Shown here in pieces: positions 36,551 through 46,710 of a stretch of 64,000 bases of DNA (position 1 is the stretch's first letter; every line of letters begins with the position of its first letter). The stretch is from Schizosaccharomyces osmophilus (lineage: Eukaryota), in contig NC_079238.1 of NCBI RefSeq assembly GCF_027921745.1, positions 4,588,001 through 4,652,000 on the forward strand, given 5' to 3'. Below the pieces are notes generated by a model. It was not told the DNA's origin, made no database searches, and saw nothing but the letters and a program-made list of their open reading frames with translations. The position numbers and the translations under genes are program-made.

Positions 36551-36789
36551 CCTATAAAAGTGCTACTTTGTCTCATCTCTTAATTTCCTGGTTTCCATTC
36601 ACTAACCATTTTATTTAGTATGGGAAATAAAATAAATACAAGTTTGTCCAAATCCTAATCCTGATATTGTATACATGTATATATTGTAATGATTCGTCGT
36701 GCTTGTAAAGAATTTTAGAGAAACAGGTAGAGAAAGTATAAAGTTGGTTTAAATTAGACGTGTCTTACCAGAATCCAACAAGATGATGA

Positions 36790-37607
36790 TTAATAGCTAG
36801 TAGAATTATGCCAGTGTGTAAGACTTCGATGAGTTGAGTGCGCGGTTCTCAGAACTAAGTAAGTTTTGTATTAGCAAGAACAATCCGTAAGAAGAGAAGT
36901 TGATAACTTACGATATTTTTCAAAGTCATCCAGTCCATTGATAAAGTCTGAATTTTGTTGCAATGCTCCTTGAGGATTCAGAGCCCCGTCGGCGATGACT
37001 AAAGACCGTTTTCGCAGTGTATCCAGAGTTAGCTGAGCAAGCTGTTCATCGGAAATTCTAAAAATGACATTAGTATTTGGCAATACAAACCTTATAGGCA
37101 TGACTACGAAAATAGTCTGTTCACTTTTGGAAACAGGAACAGATCAGGACTCGTAGGTGAAAGGAATGACTTACACATGAAGCATATTTTCAGCAAAATG
37201 ATAGTAATTAGTACAAATATCTCTTAAGGACACGCTTGTAGGACTTGCTTTCAAGGCATTACGCACAACAGAAGAAAATGGAATCGGCATATGAATACTG
37301 ACAAACGAACTGAATGATTCACGTTAATTAGAGATGATATATAAAATAAAAAATTGTGAGAGAACATAAACAAATTATCGACCATCTCTCAACAAATGAC
37401 ATACTTTACAGCCAGAACTTCAGCAAGCCAGAAAGGTAATTCCACTTTCGAACCGGCCGGCACCTACAGAATTAGCTGAGAATAATCCATTTTTTCTAAA
37501 AAGTATACCTCTCGGCCCTCGTGTCCTAATCCTGGAATGGAGACGTTGCAGGTACAAGGAACCTTTTGGTTTTCAGACAGAATGCCATCAATGTCATAGT
37601 AATCCAT
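36790..37607 (-). CDS. psf3: GINS complex subunit Psf3; introns 37464-37508, 37310-37404, 37058-37174, 36855-36911
   Basis: Spliced product MDYYDIDGILSENQKVPC...KVELPFWLAEVL...NALKASPTSVSLRD...FINGLDDFEKY...HWHNSTSY*. Confidence 0.93.
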
Positions 37608-38949
37608 TTTTGTAACCTACTCTTTTCCTAAAAATGAATCCTAAATAATCCACTGCATAAAAAAGAAGAAAACGATCCCTTTGTTGAATGGAAAGGGGAG
37701 ACAGAAACTGGTTTACCAAGACAGGACTCAAGTTGACGAAAAACCAACCAAAAAGAAAACAAACGATATAAATATGTATATGTACGAATATTTCAAATAA
37801 GGGGCCTATAAAAAAATAAAGACTTTTGGTATGAACAGAATTTAGCCAAATATTCGCTCTTGCAAGGATAAGAGGTACTAAATAATGTTTGGTAAACATT
37901 CATTGATGAAACCTGCGGTGGTGTACGCCTAGTAGAAAATCCAAAAGAATATTTCATACTAATGTCTTTTATTTCTTTTTTATTGGTTTTTTGCTGGAGC
38001 TTATAGATTCTACTCGTCATTTCAAAGATTTTCATTTCATGATGAGTGAGACCATCCACGAATTAGGACATGCTGAACGTGTAAAGAGAAAGAATAATTT
38101 CAAATGGGACAAGTTATTGACTAGCGATGTGGGAATGAAGACGTGTGCAGCCCAGAAAGCTTATGACAGCAAACACAAAGAGATACTGGTGTGATAGAGC
38201 TTGCTCCCGAAAGCGATTATAAGCTCAATTTTGAAACGTAGCTTACTCCAAAAGCTCTGCTATGAAAGTCATGAGCCATTCTATTCCACTAAACCAAAGC
38301 TTTTCACTATCCTTGACTTTGGGCCCATTACGAGCACATCCTCACTACTTTCAGTAAAGAGCGTATATCATGTTGACATCTTTCGTTATTAACGGAGTGA
38401 ATGGACTACTGATGTGACATGCATGTTTCTACTTTTCAGTTATGCACCTATGGGGGAGAATTATGCAAGTCTAGTAATCAGCGTTCGTACTACATAATAA
38501 AAATGGAATGGATCTTGAAAGACTCAAATGGGGGTGTTTTTTGCTATTACCTCTGCAACCTTATCACGACGCTTTTAGGACCAATTGCTGCTTCAAGGGA
38601 AATTGGCTTTTCGAAAAACGCCGGTTTCATACTCCCCTTCCTCATCCTTTTACAATGAACAAGGATGGTGCATACAAATAATCAACAATGAAATCATTGG
38701 CTATGTACGTTTATTCAGTCGAGCGCTCAACTAAAAAGGCATTTCTCGAGAACCAAGAAACCCAATTGTGGCCAATATGACTGATTCTATTACCAATTCT
38801 ACTATGTCTACTTCCTGTATACGTATAAACTATCTTCAAGGAAGAATCGCAAATTTGCCTTTCTCTCTTGTTTATTTACGTATTAATTTTCCATACGCAA
38901 TTTCTCTTAAAGATTCGCTAAATGAATGCGAAAGAAAAGTCATAATGTT

Positions 38950-38975
38950 AGGGTAGGTTTTGTAGAGCAGTCACA
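38950..38975 (+). promoter_or_regulatory. Ribosomal-protein promoter: Homol E-like AGGGTAGGT plus perfect Homol D CAGTCACA (38968-38975)
   Basis: Canonical fission-yeast RP promoter boxes about 55-80 nt upstream of the rpl8 ATG. Confidence 0.85.
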
Positions 38976-39030
38976 CCACACCCAAAAAACCTTCGTGGAA
39001 AGAAACTTCTAACACGAACAACCACCAAAA

Positions 39031-39873
39031 ATGGTAAGTAACGTTTGCCCGATGGAAGGAATAACAACTAAAGAACGAATAACTAACAATTGCTAGGCAC
39101 CCAAGTCTAAAAAGGTCGCACCCTCACCTTTTGCTCAGCCTAAGGCTGCAAAGACCACCAAGAACCCTTTGTTTGTGAGCCGTCCTCGTTCCTTTGGCAT
39201 TGGACAAGACATCCAGCCTAAGCGTGACTTGAGCCGTTTTGTGAAGTGGCCTGAGTACATTCGCCTTCAACGTCGCCGTAAGATTTTGGGCTTGCGTTTG
39301 AAGGTTCCTCCCTCTCTCGCTCAGTTCCAAAAGACCTTGGACAAGAACACTGCTACCCAGGTCTTCAAGTTGCTTAACAAGTACCGCCCTGAGACTGCTG
39401 GCGAGAAGAAGCAACGTTTGCTTACTGAAGCCGAGGCTGTCGCCAACGGAAAGTCTGCTCATGACGTTTCCAAGAAGCCTTACAACGTCAAGTATGGTTT
39501 GAACCACGTTGTTGGACTCATTGAGAACAAGAAGGCCAAGTTGGTCCTCATCGCCAGCGATGTTGATCCTATTGAACTTGTTGTCTTCTTGCCCGCTTTG
39601 TGCAAGAAGATGGGTATCCCCTTTGCCATTGTCAAGAACAAGGCCCGTCTCGGAACTGTTGTTCACCAAAAGAGTTCCGCTGTATTGGCTGTCACTGACG
39701 TCCGTGAGGAAGACAAGAACGAGCTCGCCTCTGTTGTTTCTGCCGTCGAAGTTAACTTCAACGCCAAGTATGACGAACTCCGCCGTAAGTGGGGTGGTGG
39801 TATTTTGGGTGGTAAGACCCAAGCTAAGCTTTCTAAGCGTGCTAAGGCTGCTGCTGCCACTGTTCGTCTTTAA
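39031..39873 (+). CDS. rpl8: 60S ribosomal protein L7a/eL8; ATG-only first exon, intron 39034-39096
   Basis: [10 protein letters not shown]...[27 protein letters not shown]; strong codon bias. Confidence 0.97.
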
Positions 39874-40503
39874 GTTCGTGCTTACGGATATAAATGCAAA
39901 ACTTTGAGTTCTTTTGGGAGTATTAAGATTCTTCTGTGAATAGTAGCTATTAGTTGTCTCTGGTAATGTAGCGATTCATAAATTATTATAAGCATTGAAT
40001 GTAGCTATTTTTGTGAATGTAAAACTAAAGAGTAGAGATAAAAGCTGGTAGTGGCGGTTGAGAGTATGCTAGACTCCAAAGAAGGTGTAACTAGTTGATG
40101 CTTAGTCTTTGTACGTTGTAGCAAATGGAACTTAAAGTCTAAGCTGAGTAAGGAGCAATTGCATAAATTATCTCTGAAGTATATGAAAAAGATTTTTTTC
40201 ATTGTGATCGCCAACTTTAAACCATTCCGTATTACTTTGGTGCAGTAGCAGAATTTGGTACAATCGTGAATATACTGTTTTCTATTGTTGTTTAAACTAA
40301 AATCTCTCTTTTTACGTAAATATTTTAACCTGAGAGTTTGTTCCTCAGAAAGGATAAGAGCTCTCTTCAGTTTCACCTAAGACTTGGAGAGTGCGAGGCA
40401 TTGAAGAAAACTTCAAATTGTTTGTGAAAGGAGCTTAACGAAGGCACTTTTTCATTTGCATATCCATTCTTGAGCGTTTGGCTGTCAGAGTCGTCAGGAC
40501 ATT

Positions 40504-41053
40504 ATGTTTGTATCTATAGTAGAACACCAAGTACAGAAAAAGAAAAAGCAAAAACAAAGGGTATGATGTTAGAACTAATGAAAAAAGAAGCTAACAGCTG
40601 CTAGTCAATCGTTGACCCTGCTACTCGTGAAAGACAGTTAAGACGAAACTTGGCAGAACTGGATAAAGATAACTATTCTGATATTCGATTCGAAGTCCCG
40701 AGAGAACTATGTAAGCATTTTAATTTTCTTTTCCTTTCTAACATTCCAAATTCAGTGCAACGCAGATTTATGCCCATTAGCATTCGTCGCATTCTGTCTT
40801 CCAGGAAAACGTTTGCTAATTACCTTGACGAAACTGTAAGTAAAAAATAAGGGAAATAAATAATTAATAACAATAGCCAAACTCAAAGTACTCGACGTGT
40901 GTGGCCAAACCTTCTCCCAAACCAGCTCGCAGATTCTGCAATGTATGTGGATATTGGGGCCTGTATGCTTGTCAAAACTGTGGTACATGCTACTGTTCAA
41001 AAGACTGTGAAACAATTCACAGTGAAACTAGGTGCATGAAGGTTTATACCTGA
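40504..41053 (+). CDS. vps71: SWR1 complex zf-HIT subunit Vps71/Swc6; introns 40561-40604, 40711-40755, 40836-40876
   Basis: Spliced product ...RNLAELDKDNY...ILSSRKTFANYLDET/PNS...RRFCNVCGYWGLYACQNCGTCYCSKDCETIHSETRC (HIT zinc finger). Confidence 0.92.
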
Positions 41054-41584
41054 AATATGTGTCAGTGACAGTTCCTAAAGGCAGCTGTTTCAAATTTGAG
41101 TTGAGGGGAAACCCATTTAAAAGGAAGCCTTGTTCCTTATAACTGTATATTATGCTGGTATATTATTGCCGATCATATTCCAATGGTACTTTACTTTGGG
41201 AAAATATAAGAGTTGACTTGATGATGTGGCCTAAATGTATGATTTCTTATTTCACGGAAGAAAGGTAAAGAAATAAAAATGAATAAAAATATTCTATAAC
41301 AAACTCTTCGTTCTAGCTATTCTTAACCGTATGGTCGCTATTACTGTAAAAAGCATGCAAGGCCAAATATCAGTTCAATTGAGCTATGAAGTAGCAGTTC
41401 ACTTCCAATTTGTCTTTTCTTAATACAAAAAGAATAGTAAAGAAAAAAAGAAAACAACGAAATCTTTGGTTTCGGTTTCTTTCACATCGTACCCAAGACC
41501 TTCACATTGGTGGTACATATCAAGAGCAGAGAAAACTGCCAAAAACCAACTACAAGGGGAAGAATATAAAATTTAGCATCCTTC

Positions 41585-43246
41585 ATGCCGAAACCTAGTA
41601 AAAATAGCTCTAAAGCTTCACCTTATAAAGATGCTTTTTTTGATTTGGGCTCAGTAGAGAAGAAACCAACAAAAAATGGAAACGTGAAAACTCGTCAAAA
41701 GGACTCGGAGGAATTGCGGCTAGAAGAAGCTATTTTTGGTAAAACGGATGATTTTGAAAGTCATTTAGGAAACATGGAAGATGTAGCCGATGAGAAAATG
41801 GACGAAGCACCTGAATTGGGCCACGAATCCCAGGTTGGTGAAAATGATCTGGAAAAAATTGAGGATGCAGATCTTTTCATGTTTGATACTGGAGAAAATT
41901 TATCCCAAAAAGAAAAGCATGGCAAGGAAACGAAAATGGAAGTTGAACCAGAGGAACAAGAGGTGAATGAACCACCTGCCGCAGTTTGGGAAGACAGCGA
42001 CGATGAGCGTATCACAGTATCTTTACATGACAATACTAGACTGAGGAAACTTCGAAGATACGAAGGTGAAGCCGAACTTAATGGTGTACAGTATACCCAA
42101 AGGCTGAGGCAACAATTTGAAAGAATTTACGCAGTTCCTCAATGGGCCAAACCCAATGAAAAGTTGGCCGATGAAGATGAGGAAGGCTCTCTTAGTGAAG
42201 ATAATGTACTTCCGACATCTCTACGTCAAATATTTAACTCTTCCGTTTCTTATGTGAATAAGAATTCACGAGTCCTGTTACCTGGTACAATTGACATTAA
42301 AAGACTAAAGGATGCTAATTTCCAGGCTCCTTCTCACAGTGGCATCCGCTGCATTTCATTCCATCCTTTCTTTCCTCTTCTATTGACTTGTGGTTTTGAC
42401 CGAACCATCCGTATTTATCAATTGGATGGAAAGGTGAATCCATTTGTTACCTCTCTGCATTTGCGTTCTTCCGCTTTACAAACAGCTCTTTTCCATCCTG
42501 ATGGAAAGCATGTTGTTGCTGGAGGTAGAAGAAAATACATGTATATCTGGGATTTGGAGTCTACCCAGGTCGAAAAAGTGAGCAGGATGTACGGACAAGA
42601 GGATTTACAACCAAGTATGGAAAGATTTCATATGGATACTACAGGAAAATATGTTGCTTTAGAAGGAAAAAATGGATATATCAATCTACTGAATTCTATT
42701 ACCGGACAGTTTGTTACAAGTTTCAAGATCGAGGGAACCATTTCAGATGTCACATTTACTTCTGATGGAAAGGAAATGCTTGTTTTGAGCTATGGTGCAG
42801 AGATTTGGCACTTCAATCTGGAAAATAGGTCTGTGTCAAAGCGCTGGCACATTCAGGACGGTGTTGCTACTACTCGTTTTTGTTTGGATGGAAATGACAA
42901 GTATCTTGCAATTGGTAGTAAGAGTGGTATTGTCAGTGTATACGATTTGAAATCGCCGAGCGATGATGATGGTTTCAAACAGATTACATCGCTTGAAAAT
43001 GTCACTTTTAGCGTTAATTCGATCGCCTTTTCTAAGGATAGTCAAGTTTTAGCTGTCAGCTCCAGAGGCAAGAAGGATACTCTGCGCCTGTTCCACGTCC
43101 CTAGTTTCAGTGCATTCCGAAACTGGCCTACTAGCTCTACACCTCTTGGACGAGTAAGCAGTTTAGGCTTTGGTCGTGGTGGTGAACTATGCGTGGGTAA
43201 TGAAGCTGGAAGAGTTGGTTTGTGGAAACTTGCCCATTACGATTAA
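41585..43246 (+). CDS. utp18: U3 snoRNP WD40 protein Utp18
   Basis: AVWEDSDDE, LRQQFERIY, IKRLKDAN, FRNWPTSSTPLG, VGNEAG. Confidence 0.93.
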   Translation: MPKPSKNSSKASPYKDAFFDLGSVEKKPTKNGNVKTRQKDSEELRLEEAIFGKTDDFESHLGNMEDVADEKMDEAPELGHESQVGENDLEKIEDADLFMFDTGENLSQKEKHGKETKMEVEPEEQEVNEPPAAVWEDSDDERITVSLHDNTRLRKLRRYEGEAELNGVQYTQRLRQQFERIYAVPQWAKPNEKLADEDEEGSLSEDNVLPTSLRQIFNSSVSYVNKNSRVLLPGTIDIKRLKDANFQAPSHSGIRCISFHPFFPLLLTCGFDRTIRIYQLDGKVNPFVTSLHLRSSALQTALFHPDGKHVVAGGRRKYMYIWDLESTQVEKVSRMYGQEDLQPSMERFHMDTTGKYVALEGKNGYINLLNSITGQFVTSFKIEGTISDVTFTSDGKEMLVLSYGAEIWHFNLENRSVSKRWHIQDGVATTRFCLDGNDKYLAIGSKSGIVSVYDLKSPSDDDGFKQITSLENVTFSVNSIAFSKDSQVLAVSSRGKKDTLRLFHVPSFSAFRNWPTSSTPLGRVSSLGFGRGGELCVGNEAGRVGLWKLAHYD

Positions 43247-43455
43247 ACTAAAAGAAAGTGTACAACATAGAGGTTTGTATGTAACGTGAAAAATACTAAG
43301 GGTTTTTGGATATTTAGTTAGTAATAAAGGTATTTTAGCATTCAATAGAATGAATACTGCGATTCAATCAATCATAAAACGAGAAGAACCGTATCTATAT
43401 TTATTTTATAACATGAGTAACTATAATACATCAATAATACAAATGCTATGGCTTA

Positions 43456-43856
43456 TTAAATGCCATAGCGTTTTTTAACTTCTTCAAGGGCAGTGTATCG
43501 AGCATTCACGTTTTCACCCTCTGTCTTTGCCTTTTCTGGATTGTAATAATGTACTAAAAATTTATCGTTAGTAAAATGTTTACGAAAAACTGAATTTTGT
43601 CAACCTCCATACCAACCAAATATCGATCCATAAAGTTGTATCCAGATAACTTATTACAAGCACGAAGGGCGTCTTGAACATTTTCATACACTACGAAAGC
43701 AGTTCCTCGAGTTTCGACGGTATTTCCCAATCGAATTTGTCGTATGGGTCCATATCTGCCAAATAAATCGTACATTTCTTCTGATGTGATTTTAAACGAC
43801 AAATTTTTCACGAAAAGGATAGAGCTAACCTCAGTGTTAGCTGTTCTATGGGACAT
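43456..43856 (-). CDS. sap14: U2 snRNP SF3b14/p14 RRM protein; intron 43554-43612
   Basis: [32 protein letters not shown]...RGTAFVVYE...[16 protein letters not shown]. Confidence 0.92.
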
Positions 43857-45503
43857 TATGAGTGCAGATTTAGATAAAGGGTTTTGAGAAATTACTGGTT
43901 CAAGCAAAATCAAAGAAATGAAGCAGAATGGCAATTGCTGGGAAATCTCTCATGTCACACTTTTGAAAGGACGTTGTGATGTATGCTAGCAAAATGATAT
44001 AGAACTTATTTCTGAAATTTAAAGCTCAAAATTAGACTTTAATTAAGGCTTTTTTTTTTTTCGTATCTTATGTAGAGAACGAAAGGGGTGCAGATGTGTC
44101 TCGGTTTCAAAGGTTTTAATGGTTTTAATGGAAGCTTGCTGGACGATACTTTTCTTTCAATGGTTCCTTGTTTCTTTTTTGCTGTTTTGGAATCGTAAAC
44201 TAGGGAACGAAAGCATTCATGAAATTACCCATGGAGGAATGCTTCCAAAGTCTACTTATGGACTCTTTACGAGACATTTGGATCAATGGGCTTACTGGAT
44301 TCATTTTTTAGCAAAATTGACAGGCATATGAAGGCTTAGCATGCTACACTTGAAACGAGTTATGTGGGATAAAATTACAAGATGAAACCCAATCTTCTCT
44401 AATGCCTGTCAACTGAAAGCTCTTTGTTTCAAAACCATAATGCTATATCTCTACAATATTATATATCAGATCGAGAAGTCTGGGTGAAGAAATTGCTTGA
44501 CCCAAACATTACTTACTACAAGTGCTTGAAAGAATGCAGAGCAGGAAGACACAGATACAACATCATGATAATCCAAAGAGCTTGCTTATTAAATAAAATA
44601 TTCTCTCATTCGAATTGTCCTTTCTATTGCTATCGAGAATCATAGCTTCTTTTAATAGACAGTCAACACATTTGTTTGCAATAATAGCAAACTACATCGA
44701 GGGAAACTCGTAATTTATTCTTATTTTCAGAAACTTTTGTTAATGTATCTCTAAATTGTCTTGCGAGTATCTGAAAAAAGATGATAGCTCTTTTGTTTAC
44801 GTTGCGACTATATATACAAATTTGACTCGTACAGCCTTGTAGTGAAAAGTCTTAACGGAACTCAGGTATAAAAGTTGAAACGAAGGAGTTTTCTTGTTTA
44901 TATACACAGCTCATTATAAACGATATGCCTTGGAATTAATTGCAGTAATTTCAATTTTCTAATTCTGAAAGCAATTACTCATTTTACCTTTATCATGGGA
45001 ATCTTCTCCAATATTTCACTACCGAACAGAAAACATAAAAACAGATTAAAAAAACCTCAAACAAGCATAATCGTTCTACCTAAGCTTGTATTTTATTACA
45101 TTTTGCTTGTGTTTATTTACTAGCGAGGAATAACGCAACCAAAAAAAAGTTAATGCACTGTACCAAAATCGAGCGATGTATCCGGTGAAAGATTTCTTAG
45201 CAAAACAGGGAAAATATAAATTATTATAATTGATTTGCAAACTCCGACAAAACCGCTTGTTTACAAGGAAAATCCATCTTCAACTGAACCAACTACTTAT
45301 CGAATTGCTGAGATAATTATTACATTTCAAGACTTTTAGAATCTTTAAAAGAAAAGAAGCTCAGTAAAATTTTCTTTTATCGTTCTCAACATTCTCCGTG
45401 TTTCTTACTTTCGGGAAGGTTTTTTTTTTAACTTCCTTTACAAAGTTCTCATAATAAGTACCTAGGTTTTAACCTTTTTTAACGCAATATCTTTCCATGT
45501 ATT

Positions 45504-46301
45504 ATGCTTTCTTTGAAAGATATATGTATACAGGTGGCTCAAAAGTACATAAACGACATTGAGGATATAGGAGACTACCCTTATGCTCTGCTTGAGCCCA
45601 TTTTGGAACGCGCACCTCCTGATCGTTTGTATTTACTAGAAGAACGATCCCCCCATTTTAGACAGGAATCTCAGTCCCTGTGGAAACAACATGTCTTGCG
45701 CGATTTTGCGCTTGAACTGCAACAATTTAAGGTTTCTGTTCCATCAATTACCGACTGGCGTTCTTTATACGAGAGGATGAAGAAGCGAAGACATACTCAA
45801 TACAATGAGGCATCCGAAAAACTTCGAAATGCTTACACGAAACTCGAGCAGACGAAGCAGAATAAACGAATTGTACCTTTGGAAAGAGAACCACGTTCTG
45901 CCAGGCCGCAGAAACGACTACGTCCATCAAATAGTTATGCCCCCAAAAGCAATTCTGCACCTAAAAGCTCATTAATGACAAAAGCAAGAAACGATTTCTT
46001 AAAGAAAACATCCTTTACGCGACCACCGGTATCAGGCGATTCAAAATTCCGAACTTCAAACTCTCCTTTACGTCCTTTAGGCTCCTCTTATCATAGGGAT
46101 AAACAGCCTACTACGAATCCCTATCCAATGTCTTCTACGATTAAACCACCTCCTGCGTCTAATTCCCTTAAGCCCAATTCTAATTCCAACAAATCTCGAT
46201 GGCAGCGTAATTCAACTTTACAGTCAACCTCTTCTATTCCAATTTCATCACTTTTCCCTAAATCATCTCGAATGTCGAATCAGCTACCCAAGCACTCTTA
46301 G
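45504..46301 (+). CDS. pof4: Elongin-A / F-box-like protein
   Basis: N-terminal BC-box SLKDIC, IGDYPYALLEPILE, LWKQHVLRDF, WRSLY. Confidence 0.85.
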   Translation: MLSLKDICIQVAQKYINDIEDIGDYPYALLEPILERAPPDRLYLLEERSPHFRQESQSLWKQHVLRDFALELQQFKVSVPSITDWRSLYERMKKRRHTQYNEASEKLRNAYTKLEQTKQNKRIVPLEREPRSARPQKRLRPSNSYAPKSNSAPKSSLMTKARNDFLKKTSFTRPPVSGDSKFRTSNSPLRPLGSSYHRDKQPTTNPYPMSSTIKPPPASNSLKPNSNSNKSRWQRNSTLQSTSSIPISSLFPKSSRMSNQLPKHS

Positions 46302-46710
46302 TTACGACATTGGATATACTTTTCCATGGTCATACGATGGTTTCCTGCTTTTTGGTGCTTAATTAATTTCTTCGCTCTTTTACTTGGTCATATTATGTAA
46401 TTTTCAGTTAAGTTTCCGCTTAATCCACCTTACTTTACAGCGCTTAATTTTTGAGAAGTTATCCATTTACTTTCTGCTTTGATGTCTTTTGTTTGGCCGG
46501 TTATTATTTATTTCATTTTTTTTAGTTTTATAGATGCCTTTGGTTACGATTTTCTTTGGCTGACGACGATGTTTCTTATAAATAGCTGTTCATTAACTTC
46601 CGTAATATAATTCAATAAACTATCCTGATCACAAAAATAAAGATTTGTATTTAAGTAGTTTTCCAAAACCCTTTCCACAACATATTGGCGTAGTTTGCTT
46701 TTACCTCAGT

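Larger units (their letters stand above)
35430..36660 (+). ncRNA. Spliced non-coding snoRNA host transcript; introns 35504-35681, 35730-35923, 35990-36161, 36172-36350, 36422-36618 (transcript ends approximate)
   Basis: Five consecutive introns (GTATGT x4, GTATAA x1; CTAAC/CTAAT branch points; YAG acceptors) separated by tiny exons; no ORF of note; AATAAA after the last intron. Confidence 0.85.

Noticed and set aside
35264..36576. Short minus-strand ORFs (35264-35491, 36379-36576), and the idea that this gap is telomerase RNA or a TPP riboswitch
   Set aside because: No telomeric template or TPP aptamer core seen; the + strand snoRNA introns explain the region.
39124..39822. 232-aa antisense ORF over rpl8
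   Set aside because: Shadow frame from strong codon bias in a highly expressed gene; no independent motifs.
43900..45480. 1.6-kb gap between sap14 and pof4 with small ORFs (possible LTR or ncRNA)
   Set aside because: No LTR ends, snoRNA boxes or convincing coding signal recognised.
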